This document shows, in pieces, positions 29,401-44,400 of a DNA stretch of 64,000 bases (position 1 is its first letter; every line of letters starts with the position of its first letter). Origin of the DNA: Antedon mediterranea. Its lineage: Eukaryota; Animalia; Echinodermata. The stretch spans positions 14,181,432 to 14,245,431 of the forward strand of contig NC_092679.1 of assembly GCF_964355755.1 (NCBI RefSeq), read 5' to 3'. The notes beneath the pieces were generated by a model. That model saw only the letters and a list, made by a program, of their open reading frames with translations, did not search any database and was not told the DNA's origin. Made by a program: the position numbers and the translations under genes.

Positions 29401-32400
29401 AATCCAAAAACTTTAATTACACCTAAAAACTGTTTCAAAATAAATAAAAAGTGAAAAATTCCACAAAAAAAAATAAGCAAGAAATGAAAGAAATACAATA
29501 GGCTTGAAAATGTTCATCTGGTTTGTAGGTATAAGTATATTGAAAATTTTCTTTTTATTTCTGAAGAAGCTGTCCGATCAGGACAGTGAAACTGTCATGG
29601 TTAGTTTTTACTAATTATTGGTTTGGAAAAAAGAACATTTTCAATATACAAATACAATAGGCATTATTCATGTTTGAAATGTACTGTATGTACAATCAGA
29701 CCAAAAAAGAAGACAGACAAGAACATATTTTAAAGTTAAAACCTGTTTAAAAAATGACATCTGGCGATCTGTTGTTATTCATCAATTGCTTACTTATGTA
29801 CCAGGAAATTAAACTTGTCTGTGGAGATAAAATTACCAAAAAAAATGTCCATTTTATTATCAAATTCCCTTATGTTCCTGAGATTAATAAATTTCTAATA
29901 CAATGGCATTCGGAAGTAAAGAGGAGAATTTGAGGCAATTGAGGATTAAATGTATTTGGTAGTTCAACTTTGGATGACATTCAAGGTTAAACAATGGTAA
30001 AATGTCATTAGTTCACCAAACACTACAGAAAAAAAATAATTTATACCAGTCAGGGGAGGATCCAGAATTGTTTAAACAGGAAAATGCAAATATAGCATAA
30101 TATATTAAATATTAATAGTTTTTCAAAAATAGTAGTTTATTGCATTTTAGCTTTCGATAGGGGGAACGCACCTCTATATGTGCTGCACCCAATCTAACTT
30201 TTACCACACGTTTGATTGAACACAGAACAAGTTAATAAGAGAAAAAACATTCTTTGTCAGGATTGTGGGTACCGTATGGTCTTTCCATTGACAATTTTTT
30301 GTCTAGAATTTTCTAATGTGTTCATATTGTTTTCAAAATGACTTTGGGTTTCAGTCACCAGACAGTCCCTGCCTAGATTGGTATGCCATAGCAACAGGAT
30401 AACTGTCTCATTAACACCTGACAACTCCAGTTGCTTGCAAGGCTATCTCATGCTGGTACAAGAGTTAAAGCTAGTCACCTAGCACCTGTACAATGGAAAT
30501 TATGTATAAATTATTATGATAAACTTGGCCTAGTAGGGTCATATACAGTGCAATATTCATACCATGTCTTGTAGAATTACTAAATATTTAGTTGCCCTTC
30601 AGGCATGGTTGTTGTTACTCCCACTTTTGCCTTGTCCTCATTAAAACAATTCTATATGTTACACCTTAATTTATTGTGTATGAAAAATTTATTTTCTTAA
30701 ATATTTCACATTTACAAACAAACATTGCCTGTTGTAATGGCAATAATTCAACGATTGATTAAGTATGGAGTGAAAATTTTAGAGAACGGGGTAAAGAACT
30801 CACATGGTTACATGATATTGTTGTTTTAAATAAAAATTTAATATCATTTATTCTATACCGTTGCTAGTTTTCATGTGCCGATCTTATTAAAATCTTCAAG
30901 ATCCTATAATATAAAGGAATCAAGGAGTTATGTAGTGGTTGTTTTTTGAGATGGATAACGAAACAAGAAGCCAATCAAACAACTTTTCTATCATCCACTA
31001 AATGATTGGAACTGAGCATGTTCTGCTCTTTGAAATGCACACAGTAATCATCCCTTATTTGTCTTCCTACAACATTGATGGAGGTACTGTATAAGCTGTA
31101 TAAGCTTTATGTTTTTACAATCAAGTAAATCAATTCCTATCAAATTAGTTATCTGCAACTAAATTCCATATGAAGATAACAGGCTAAGCAACTTGATGTA
31201 AATTAAAAACAAACATCATGCGCATTTATAGCGCTCTCTTAATGTCAGAAAAAATAAGTTTCCTATTCTAAGTACAAATATTTCATTTTGATACTAGTTT
31301 TGGTACTGGTCTAATTTGATTGTAGCTATATCCCAAAGCTAGATATATCAAAGCTGAGAAAATAATTTATACCATTTACTGCACTAATTTGTTTATCATA
31401 TTATTCATTTAAAGCTAATATGAATGTCAAAATTTTCAAATATTTCAATTCACTATAGACAAGGTTCTTCATGTGTGATTGATTAATAAAATCTCCGAGA
31501 GGTCTTAACAAATGCCCTAGGGTAAAAAATCCAAATATGAAATTTACAAACATGGGATCTATTTCTATTGTCTTGGTAATATGAGTGTAATACTATGTTT
31601 GCAATAGAGAATTTAAGTAGTATTAAAATAATCAGTCCTCTAAATAATTTTACCCCCTAAATCATTCCTCATGGGTTCATTTTACCCCCTACCTGTAATG
31701 GACTGACCCAAATATTTTGAGGTAGATTTTACAGTCAGAAATTATTTCATAGATTTACATCAGTCAACTTATAAACTAGATTTGAAGAAGTTCCTGTTCT
31801 TTGGTGCCAGCAGCATGTTCTGTGTGCTTGAATAGTTTTTGAAATCAGAGTCTTAGGTTTGCCCTGTGCCACTTTATTCCATTTACACAGACAAAAGGCA
31901 TACAGTGAAAAACAAAGATTTCAAAAATTGCATTTATTACAGTAATATATAATTTATTTAAAACTTATATAGACTACTCCAAATAGTTCACAACAATTTC
32001 ATATATGCGTTTAAAATAATTTTACTTTGCTATGACTACTGTACGTGCCTTGAACTAAACTATTTGAAAAGCCTGAAATAAGATTAAAACACTAATAAAA
32101 GGATAATTTCTTAATTCATTATAAAGGTTTATTGATATATAAAGAATGTTCAACAAGCATTAAAACTACTAATTCCTGTTTACAAATACCTTGCTTTAGG
32201 ATTGTTTCCTATCAGCCATTTTGATCAAACATTTCATTATTCCATTGTATTTTAAACCCCAAATGGCAAAATGATTTATCTCAATTTTTAGTATAATACT
32301 GCAGGTTCCGGTACACAATGAAAACAATATATCTTAAGCACTGGCATTGAATTGTATTATAAAGATGCAACTGATAGTATACAATTGGTGTGAAGATCAA

Positions 32401-35400
32401 AGAAATCCTCATATTTGGTTTCACAAATAAATCAGGGATAATAATGAATTTTACTGGAGCATTTAACAAGGCATGCAAGTTAATATGCATATTATATAAA
32501 CCCACAATATCTCAAGGCAGAACTTTTAAGGAAAAATAAACGGATTAGTAGGAGTCTGCATGATTCTTGGGTAATAACGAACCAAACAATTATAAGTCTA
32601 CTTCTCAATTACCACAAGGCTTAAGGAAAATTAATTTACAGTAAGTCACAAGTGTAGTTTAAAGTACACTTGGGATTTACTACCTTACAGTAGTTGTTTC
32701 ATTACAATTAAATGAATTGCTGAAGATTATCTTGAAGATTTTTTTTTAGAGATATCCAAATTATAAGTGTGCTCAAGTTTGATACGTAGATTCAAAAGTT
32801 AAGTTTAAGTGTAATTTACTAAGTACACTTGAGATTTACTACCTTACAGTTAGTTGTTATATTACAATTAAATGAATTGTTGAAAGATTATCTTCAAGAT
32901 CTTTTTAGAGAGTGCTCAGTTTCCTATGAAGATTTTTAGATGTTGTTTTAACTGTTTCAACCTCAAAATGTGTGACTATTTCAGAAAAGTAACAGTACAT
33001 TATATAAGGTTAATTTTTAAGTTCAGGCCCCATATTTTAAAATCTTTGATCCCACACAGCCTCAAATTATTTGCAGAACTGTAAAGATAAAATTCAGATT
33101 TGTGCTATGATTTGGTTGTAAACTAGGTCGATTCATTTTACATCCTTCAATTATATCATGGAGAAATATTATTTCTCCATGATTATACAGTTAATAGACC
33201 ATACAGGGATTTCTCATAAACAAAAAATTAATATTAAAAGCAAATTTTACTGGTATAAAGCAGGAGGCCGGAAAAGGGTGTTAATATTAATAAATAATAA
33301 CCAATAAAAACTAATTTATAAATAAAGAAATAGAAGAAAAATATTAAGTTACATCATTAAGCAAAAATAGTTTGCTTTAGGCTAGATAACTTGATTTTAG
33401 CATGCCATGTGATCAAATAATAATGATTTTTGCATCAATATAATAATTATATACTGTTTTTAAATTCACAAGCAAGCCTGTGTAAATACAACATATTGTG
33501 TACCTCAGTGGGTGTAAGAGGAAACAGTCAAACAAAAAATGTTTCAAAATGTATATTGAAAGCTACAAGGAATTTATTACATAAACATTTTCCAAATTAA
33601 AATTCAAGCAAACTGTTAAGGTTAACAAATGTATGTAATAGAAAAGGTAATTGTTGTAATAAGCTTTCACTTTAGCTTTACCACCTATATAACATGGTAG
33701 ATGATGATTGACTTTAGCAATGAATTACTAGTGATTGGTTCATAAACTAGTAAAGTTTTGATAAAACTTTTGTTTACAAACTATGACAAGTTTACCATGG
33801 TTTGTAGGAGTATGTGGTGTTTGTATAATACTATAGTTACTGAAGGCTATCCATCTGCAAAATCACATGACTAGAAACCTGTTATTTGATTGGCCGAGTT
33901 AAAAAATCTTCTTTTTCAGAAGAAGAAAAAGTTTGTCAACTGGTCTACAGTGGAAAACTTTAGCAAGCCAAAGTTTGTTAGTGTACTGTAGACTAGGCTT
34001 AACATATACATAAATACAGAGATACAGTAGGTATAAAATAGAAAATATTGTATTGAGTTATGAATTACAACAACAAAAAAACACATACCTGAAGAATCAA
34101 ATAGTGCAGGAGGTGGAACACTGTCAGTAGGATTAGGAGAACCTGTAAAATACAAATACTGTACATGTTAACTTAGAATAAAGTTTGAAATCTTAACTTT
34201 AACCATCCACTGTTGAATCAGATTTTTTGTAGCTAAAACTTTTTAGTAGAAATGTGATCTGTGTATAATTATTATTTTCAATCAATTTTCAAATAAACGG
34301 ATATTTGGCATTATGTAGGAGGAACAGATCCTAAATTAAATAAAGTTCTATTCTCACTTTTGAATTGGAATCTGAAGTGCTCTAATAAAGAGCATAGACA
34401 GTTTCAACACTCATGATAGATAACAAAAATCCACAAAAACTTAAGTCTGGAATTTCCCATCAATGATAAAAGAGAGAGATAATAACTATTAATGTAGAGT
34501 GGAGGATATATTAGTTTTCATCTACTTTTAATTGCTTCCATATAGAAAATAATACAATACAAAAAAACAAAGTTCAGGAAATGATATAAAAAATTTGATT
34601 AATGATAAGCAATGAAAAAACAAGGAGATTAGAAACACCTGACATATTTTTGACATTTAAGTTCTTATAAACTAACTAAAAATAAAGAAAAGAAAACAAA
34701 CAGTTTATCCATCAGTGTTAACAGTTTATAGAAAGCATATTAAATGGAATGTCCTCACACTGGCAGGTTTCTCTTTAAAATAACAAGAAGTTGAATGGCC
34801 TTTAATTTAAACAAATTTAAAAGTACAATTGTCATCTCCAGTGTCTGATAACAGTATTTCAGAAATAAGCTTACATTTTGTATCCATATTCATACACAAA
34901 ATATAGTTCAACACAGTCAAGTGGTTGACTGTGGTGGGTTATTTTGTGTATATCTTTTTAGGATTAAAGTAATATTTAAATACTTTTACATATTATTTTG
35001 TTTGTACAATTTAAGTATAGCATGTACTGTGTGTACTTTTCAAACACAAAAAAACTCATGCAATTTTCCTGTATTTTTGCGAGAACAAACTGCACCCATG
35101 GCATAACAATATAAATATTATATTTTTTATGTCTTATGTAAACCACACTAATTTTCTAGTAGTACTGCATTTGTTTCAAATGTATTTTATTTTTCAACAT
35201 AGACCTTTTAAAAGTTTAGGATTAAAGAACTAGATACAAAATTAATTTAGCATACAAAGTTTATATATAGTTTATAAATAAATGAAAGACGCTAGTAAAT
35301 TACCAACTGAACATTGTATTGCACTAAAGGCTGTTTCATGAGTATGAACTCAATCTTCAGGTGCTTGGCTCTGAATGATAGTCACAAGTGAATACAAAAA

Positions 35401-38400
35401 GCTATAATGAAGTCTTAAGGCAAACTGTTTATGTGAACAATAGTATGCTAATTAGCAAGTACAACAATATAGTTTATATGACATTTTCTACTTTGTTTTT
35501 TTTTAATAGTTTTGTTTTTAACTAAAATTATTCATCTTAAATGTCACCCCATGTCCCATGTTGTGATCCTATGTCATACTTTGTCCGATAAGATTGTAAA
35601 CCATGATAAACCATGTTTTTACTTGTGGTAGAAATAAATTTGTTGATGTTATGAACATCACGTTGTTATGTTTAGAATGAAGACCAGATGGTCTCAACTT
35701 GTTTCCCTGTGGTCAATCACTGCTGGTCTCAGTAATATTAATTTACTCTCTAATATGTCATTTTATTTCACCATAGTATGCTAGTATAGTATAGATAATT
35801 TAAATTGAGTATTTTATTTATGGTTTTACAATTTTAGCATATGGTACCCCATAATTATAAGGCCTATTACTAAAGATACCTCAGTACTATATTGTATAGT
35901 ACCTATCATATTTATGGAGGTTATGCGAGCATAGATACAAAAGTCATACCATAACTATTGTTTATTAAGAAAAGAAAATTTCAAATTGATTAAATTATGT
36001 AAACTATACTAAAAATGTAGATAGAACGGGATGAAGATGAAAATTCAACATATTTCAATATTTTTATATAATAATTAATATGAAGTTCATTTGTAATAGA
36101 ATTTCAAGTCAAAATTTCATATCCTGTCCTTTAGGACATTTTTTTGCTAATAGCCACTTAGATGAAAACACAATTCAGGAAAACGCATGTAAAATAATCT
36201 TTCCGTGGATTCTCGAAAGATCCGCATTTGAAATTTTGCCAAATCTAAATCACCTGCAATCGTGTTAAATTACCATTTTATAAAATCAAATTATTCTGAC
36301 GTGGTATCAAATTACGCACTTATCATCAAGTGCAGACACGGTAATAGCCTACTTATTGATAAGTACTACAAAGTCATGTTCAAATTCAATAAGAACCAAA
36401 TGCTGTCATTGAACTACCATATGTAAATTATCATTTTAATCTATTTAACATTTGTACATTGATAACTGGACCAGCCACCTTTGTCGAGGTGTAATCAGAT
36501 TTTAAAAACATATCTTCAGTTCTCCCTAACGAATGTAATTTTCATCTGATTTTACTGATTATTCTCTCAACCATTCATTCATTTTATAATTTTTCCACAA
36601 GTATTTATATTGATTTGATCTTACTATGGCAGTACACTCTAAAAATATAAACAGCAAAGCTGCACATTTAAAAGGAAATAGTATATATAATTTTAAGAAA
36701 CACTAACTAATGAGATTTATGAGAAAAATGTAAATTGAGAAGGGAGACACCTTTTGCTGGATATAAATTTCATAGGCACAACATTGACAGTAAATTAATT
36801 AGTAAATCATTATTGTTGGAATTTGTATTTTGACATTTGGGAAACAGCATGGCCTTAAGAGGAACTACTGTACTCTAGTAGTGCATGGCTATTGATACTA
36901 ATTGATGTTCTTATGGGGATACTTCCTGCCTGTATTACTTCCAGATAAATCACAATAAAAATAGTTTACAAGATGTTTAGCAGGATATTTGACCACAAGG
37001 AATAAATATGAGGCAATTAAAACCTGAAATATGATTGTTCCAAAGAGGATAGTGCACAGAATTTTTTACCATGTGGAAGTGAACTTGAGGTCCAAAATAT
37101 AGTTTCACTTTTCCTATTTTAAATTGACTCTGGACAGTTGTGTAACTGCTCAGGTCAGGTACTTTTCTCTGGCTATTTCTTCAGTACTATGGTTTTAAAT
37201 TCTGGAGTGCATTCTCAAATTTGAGAAGTTGGCATTTGCTATCCGCCGAAGCTTGCAAATTGAATAAATAAAAACTACTGCATTGTGTGAATCATGTGAT
37301 TTTTAAAAGTTATTTTGGCAATATTTCCAGAATTTGTAAGGTGCAGCTAGGATCATTCAATTTGACTTTAGAGGAACATAAAAAGCCAGATTATATACAA
37401 CTCTTAAATGTTATTTTGAAAGAGTATTGAAAACTATAATAGCGGAATTTATATCTGTAAGTGCAAATAACAAATCTGTCATTTGATGTATTTATTCTCC
37501 CCTCCCAGTTCCAATGTCAAGGTTATTGTAAATAGCACTTCCCTGTACAATATGAAGGAGCAACACTGTCTCTGGACAATGATGATTAATATTTAAAATT
37601 AAAATACATATATATTTATAAAAAAATTAAAAAATTATACAGAAAAACAGGTTAAAAAATTGTCAAACAAAAAGTTGGAATAAATTAAAAAATTATTTAT
37701 TAAGATCACATTTTCATATGATTTTATAATTACAAGCAAAGTTAATCATCTGTATGTATGTGTAATTTTAAACATGATTCAAGTATGTACAGTACACATG
37801 TACAGCATGATAAATAACGAGAAAACCTTCATTCCCATTCTGAGAATAATATTCCCACTGTAAATCAGGCACCTTTGATATTATCATTATCATTAAATCG
37901 AATCTTGAGGCTTAATTCATTAGTAGATGTCAGATATTAAGTTCTCTCATTGACCAAGTAAGACCAATATATTCATTTAGCACTGGAAGGCAAACAGCAA
38001 GTGGTCAACATTTTGGAGTCGTGTAGTGGATTCAGTGATCCTCTAGGTAATTGAATCTATAAACTACCTTCCCTGTTTTGTGGTTAATACAGCCTATGGC
38101 CATATCAGGTCACAACTTTCCTTCTAATTTCATGCAAGATTCATATCCAAATTTGTACTTTGACATCACCTACACTTGTGGAATGACCATATATGGATCT
38201 GTTATTTGTGAAACTTTGTCCAAGAGAATAACATACTACTTTGATTATAAAAATGAAAATGTCAGATGCATATCTACAGTAGGATTTTGAAATAGGGAGT
38301 CTAAAATGTTGTCTTAGACCCCATTTACACTTACGATTTAGGCCGGCCCTGGGTCGGCAATTGATAAGTGTAAATACTCCAAAAAGTTAGGCCGGCCCTG

Positions 38401-41400
38401 GGCCGGACGCAGATCTGGGCCACCTCTCCAGGTAGGTTCAGGAGCGGCTTTTACGTTTGGGCCGGCTTACGCAGTAAACCGTGAACAACGTTTGACCTTT
38501 TTATGAGGTTGTTGTTATGACGATCCGACATTCTCAGTACATACCTTCCTCCTTTTCGGGCGACAATTTGTTTTCTTCATTATATAGGCCTAGTTAAATT
38601 TATTTTCAGACATCTTCTTTCAATAAAGTATTCCTCCGCTTGTTTCGCATATACATAAAATATAGCCATATTATATAAAACAGTGGGGTTCATTTTGTTT
38701 TTAATGGGACAAAAAACAACAATACAGTACTATAAATATAAAACGGTCGGTTTGCGCGGAGAGTTGAATTGACGATCGAGAGAGAAAAATGTAAACAAAC
38801 TGTACTTCGTATCCCAGCATGCAATGGTACTTCCGATAAAATTATTTACGACCAGTAATCTGCGTCGGTAGTGTAAACGCTCTGGGCCGGCCTAAAAAGT
38901 AAATATTTGCAACCGGCCCAGGACCGACCCAGGACCGGCCCTGGACCCAAACGAAAGTGTAAATGGGGTCTTAATGATGTGTTGAACATAACCTACTGTA
39001 CAGTAATGTTCTATCTTTTGCATTGTAATTTTAAATATTTGGGGAAACTGAATAGGTCCTCCCATTGCACCCGCCTATGGATTTTTAATACAATGGACTC
39101 TAATGTGAAAAAAGTTTTTAATGCTATAATTACAAATTATAATGTAAATTATGGAAATTTCATATAAATTATTTTCTGGGATGCAGTAAAATACTACTGT
39201 AGTAATAATTGAATTGAATATTAATTAAATCTATTATTTTGAAATGAGTATTTTACTGAATAGTTATGATAACCATGTTTTTAAGTATTTTGCCAAAAAG
39301 CTGTCAATACAACCGACAATTTGATTTTGCTTGATGTTGACATTAAAATTTATAAATTTGGTGTGATTGTTTCAGCTATAAATCTTTACAACCTATTTCC
39401 AAAATAGCCCTTGGATACAAGAATAATAAAGAGACAATTACTAGAGATCTGAAAACCCAGGTGTCTCGGCTCAGCTTGTTTTAGACAGAGTTAAACATCA
39501 GCATATTGGAACGTTTTGTTCTCTGAAAGGGTGGTCATGAATGCCTTTGCTAGACCAACTGGACTCTTGTTAAATTACCGAAATTATGTCGCCACAGATC
39601 TTGTCCATATCTGTTTGACATGGTTTACTGTATTCACTTGCTAAAAGTAAAAGTAATAAAGGCCACTCTACAGACGAACAGTAACAGTAAGCAGAAAGGG
39701 GCATAGCTTGTCCTATGGAGACTGAATCTGTATCTATCCTGAACATGTTTCTGCTCAACCGCACATTCGCTCTGCTCAACCGCACATACAGTACATTTTA
39801 TTTTATTGTTTTTATATTTTTGTTTTCCGTTTACCACTTGCCATTACCGGTCGTCATGTGTAACATGGCCTTAACAATGTTGCAGCAGTTGCTCAAATTA
39901 CTAATTAAATCTTACTTATACTTACAATATTATATGTTTTCATCTTTTCCATTGATTGTAAACCTCTAACTAAACTTTCCAGTATTTCATTATTCAACTT
40001 CTGTTTCCAATAATAGTCAATATAAACAATTAATTTTTATTTTTATCATTACTGTAAATAATCATTGTATATATTTTATAATTTATATTCATATTGGTCT
40101 TGTTTTTTTTGTTTGTAAAAATCTACTGTAATATTATACCTTATTGTGGTTACCATTATAACAAATGTATGATTGATTGAATAAAGTTCACATATAGTAA
40201 AAAAAAAAAAAAAAAAAAAATCATTAAAAAATGAAGAAAACATAATGGTATTTTATTTTTGTATCATTGTGAATGTGAACATTGACTGACTACTACGACA
40301 TGTCGGTTTATCCAGGTAAGCTTGGCCATGAATACCCAATTGTTATAGTACAGTTAAAAGAATTAGGTTTTAGTCAAATTATATATTGTTGTAACATCAA
40401 GGAATTAGTTTAATACCTATAAAGTAGGATTAAGATATAACCATTCACTTTGACAACAAAACTTAACAAGGATAGAATCTTTTGTATTGCTATTAAATGT
40501 TAATTAAAGAGGGCATTCAAAACAACCTGCTGTCTGGATCAATATAAAAGGCCACTGGATTTAGACAGCTTAACCACTCAGTCAGCAAAAAAACTTGGAG
40601 ATCTTTGATAATTAGACTAAGCTTTAAAACATGTTTTATTTTCATCACATGTTAACTAAAATCAGATCAATAGGGGCCGCTCGATTTGGTTTTGGTAGTC
40701 TTCTAGAATAACTTAGGTATACAAATGCTGAAATCATTTAGGACTTGGACATTTGGAAAAGCTTACAGCGTAATAACTAAATCACAGGCCAATACAGGAT
40801 CTATCTTCAGGGGCGGATCCAGGATTTTGAAATAGGGGGGGCGTAGGTTTGCGAGCGAAGCGAGCAAACACTGGCTGGGGGCCAGGGGGCCGCCAAGGGC
40901 CCCCGGTCGGGGTCCAGGGGCCGAAGGCCCCTGAAAATTTTGGCGTTCTAGCGCATTGTAAGTCGTTTAAAACGATTTACAAACAATTCATAATGTCATT
41001 TACCAAACACTCTAAAGCTCGCAAATTACGACATGTGGAACATGCAGCTGATACTTACCTAGGGTACCAAAGCAAGCTAACAACTTGCCTGTACTTTACA
41101 TCTAAATTTTTACAACGCGACGATGTTTTTCAGCTTTTATATAAGCATAAACTTGTCCTAGCCTAGGCCGGTATTATTTTCTTACACGCGCGCCGGGTCG
41201 ATCGCGGTGACGTCTACTTCTTCGCATCCATCATCCATGCAGCTAAAGTAAAATGACGTCACGTTAAAGCGGGTCGTCACAGAGTCTCATGCATATTAAT
41301 GAAGCAAACTTGCTGAGAGTGTTTTCCACCACCACGCAACACATGCGACGCGAGATTTATCGAAACTCCGAGCCATCGACTGACGATCATGTTTTTGACA

Positions 41401-44400
41401 ATTAAAATCACGGCATATTCAACGACCTGGTTTAAACGATCGTTTAAAAATTAGCGGTCCGGCTCGATCATCATTACATTATATATAGTGATTTGAAAAA
41501 AACAAAACACCCCTTTTGTCATCGCGATTTGTTTATGAGACTCATCGACGGAAAAGCAAATAAAACACTACAAGGCCCGGTCATGAAATGCTGCATGCAG
41601 CATTGTTAATATTTTAATAGTAATATGTTTTAATAAAATATAGGCCTAACGGGATAATTTTCATAGGCACTACAGTCCTAGCCTTTGTTTTTATTGTATT
41701 TAATAAATGGGCGCGTAGTGTAGCACTGACCATGTGACTTCATAAACTCTATTGATCGTCGGAGGTACGTACCGCTACTCTACAACGGGAGTGACGATCA
41801 CAAAGGATGCCGACCTGCTTAGTAAAACGCGACCAAGCTCACCACGTGGCTTTTATCAACTTGCTCCTTTTAGTTTTACACTTAACTGTGAATGATCGTT
41901 GGTAACGCTAGAGATTGATAGTACACAAAGGATGTCGACGACGTACATGCTTGGTGAAATGCGATCAAGCTGACGATGTGCTCCGACGTACTATTTTCAC
42001 TATGAAAATGACCGTCGAAACGATACGTGTTTTTAAAATCTATTTAATTTAAAAAAAAAAAAAAAAATCTTTAAAAAATAGGGGGGGCGTACGCCCCACA
42101 CGCCTCCCGCTAGATCCGCCACTGATCTTTACAAAAACATTTTAGTTTGTGACCTTCAAATAGACCAAAACATTGTAGGGAAATTGTCTTTCTGATTGAG
42201 AAAAGGGCGTACAAACATAAGGCCAAAAAAGTGTACTTGTTAAGCGTCACCACTCTCTGATTTTTTTTTTCTTTAAAAAATGACCAAAAACTGTACAAGA
42301 ACAATTTTATTGCATTAAATAATTTTCTTATAGTTGAAAATGTATGTAGTAATTTATTTTAGTCATGTTTTGAAGAGTTAGTGTCAGATTATTTCAAAAT
42401 GGTAGCATAAAGAAAAACTGCCCTTCCGTCCCCGAATTTTATTCTGAGGTTGATGCTTAACAACTATACAGTACTGTATATAATAATATTTTTGGCATTA
42501 TAACTTTAGCCACTTTGTGTGCCAGCATGCACTGAATGTCCTTTGCTGAACTTTTGTCATTTCAAATGTAACTTTATAAGGATGGAAGACGAAGGCTGAG
42601 ATAATAAAGTACAGTAGCTGATAAAAGAAACAGTTTACTTCCAAACAAGGACTACTCCCCACTTAGCAATTTCCGGTTGTCATGGCTAAAGAAATACCTG
42701 AATATCAAGATTCTTCAACCTATTAAACTTCAAATAAAACACTAACCATTCCAAAAATTCTTAAATAGATATTATGCTTGTTCTCCTACTGTAACTCATA
42801 ATTCATACATGTCATCTGACTCTCACTTTTTGACACAACCTCAAACACCATGCCACACACCTAAAATCTCATGATTTTTGGATTTTTCAACAATCTCATG
42901 TCTTGTTTTCAAATTACTTGAAAACGTCAAAATTCTTGTTGTTTATCATGTCTAGAATCAAACAACGTCAAAATCTGGAGTTTTCAGACCAAAAACTTTT
43001 CGGCCAGCAGGTATATCAAACTTGTACAGTAAATGTACAGTAGTTATGGCAAAAAAGAGGGAGTCAGTTTCTTACCTAGATATTTGTTACATGAAGAAAT
43101 TTTGTATGATACTTTTCATCAGCAAGCCTGATCTAAAATCGTAAACAAGATTTGAACTTCTCATCAGGACGGTAATCTATGCAAATGCTATAACATGTAC
43201 GTTAAAATATTTGTGTGGAAATGGATGTAGATGTAGATGTTAAAGTATAGTATGTGCTGCTTTGTGTAGTGCTAAATTTGGTAGTTACTACTGTGGGATG
43301 GTTTTTCTTCTTAAACAAGGCCACAAACCAGGATATCAGTGAAGTAATTTAATGGTTTGTTACAGTTTAAAACACAGGAGACAGGGCATGTGATGTCACT
43401 AGATGTCTCTGAGGGATGCCCTAACAAAGCTAATAGTATCAAGGCCTAGTGTACAGTATCAATTGCTTTCCATGCATAATCATTGACCGAGGAGAATATA
43501 TCTGTGGGAACATACAAATTCTGTATCTGAAACAAAAGATGCCTCTGTCCTTTTTAAAATACTGTACAGTTAAATACTGTAAATAAAATGGACTATATAT
43601 GAATGAATGCAAATGAAATGAACTAACTAATTACCTACAGTACTAAAACCATCTGTTTTATATCCAATTTTCCATTAAAACAAAATACATTTTCACAAAC
43701 AAATTCACCATACTGTATTGTAAATTAACAAACACGATGAAACAAATGTGTTTTTTAATGTACTGTATGTGTAAACAAAAACAACACTGGAAATAGATTT
43801 ACATTTGTTTTGTTTTTTGGCAAAAATACATATATGCAAACTTTTTGTATAGTATTATCAGTAAAATTAAATGCTGTACTATATGAATGAACTTATGGAA
43901 CAATTTTCAGGTAATTAGGCTATTTAGGCTATTATAGTTATACCTGCAGTATGGAAAGCAAGTATAACTATTTAAACTTAATTAACCGTGTAAAAGTGAT
44001 ATTTGTATTTATAAGCACACATGTTAATTGTTTTACCTGTAGGTCTATGTACATCCATCCACAACTTCATGAACTTGACTTCACTGTGTTTTATGACATT
44101 GTTGTTGATTTATATGTTATACAAACAGTACTGTATGTAGGCCTAGATTCAATAAACATCTTTGATTACAAAGAAATTAAAACAAATGTTGAAAGAATTT
44201 AACATTGACCTATTTAAAGTTGGTGAACTTCAGACCTACAAATGTACAGTACAAAATCACCACTGTATACTACTGTACTACTAACTATATTTACATATTC
44301 CATTGCAAAAGCTTGAGGTCAAATACAACACTTTACTATAGCATTTGCCAACTACAGTACCATTTTGGCCAGGAAATTCCCATATTATTTACTGGTTTCC

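Noticed and set aside
28970-29407. 145-aa ORF as a nested host gene
   Set aside because: It matches a LINE ORF2 C-terminus, is 5'-truncated and has a non-ATG start.
40140-40220. AATAAA plus A22 as a processed pseudogene
   Set aside because: No upstream ORF or TSD; more like a LINE/SINE 3' remnant, as near 18000-18150 and 10180-10330.
40849-41166. 105-aa ORF as a possible transposase
   Set aside because: Non-ATG start in the GC-rich subterminal region of a non-autonomous element, with no DDE or zinc-finger motifs.
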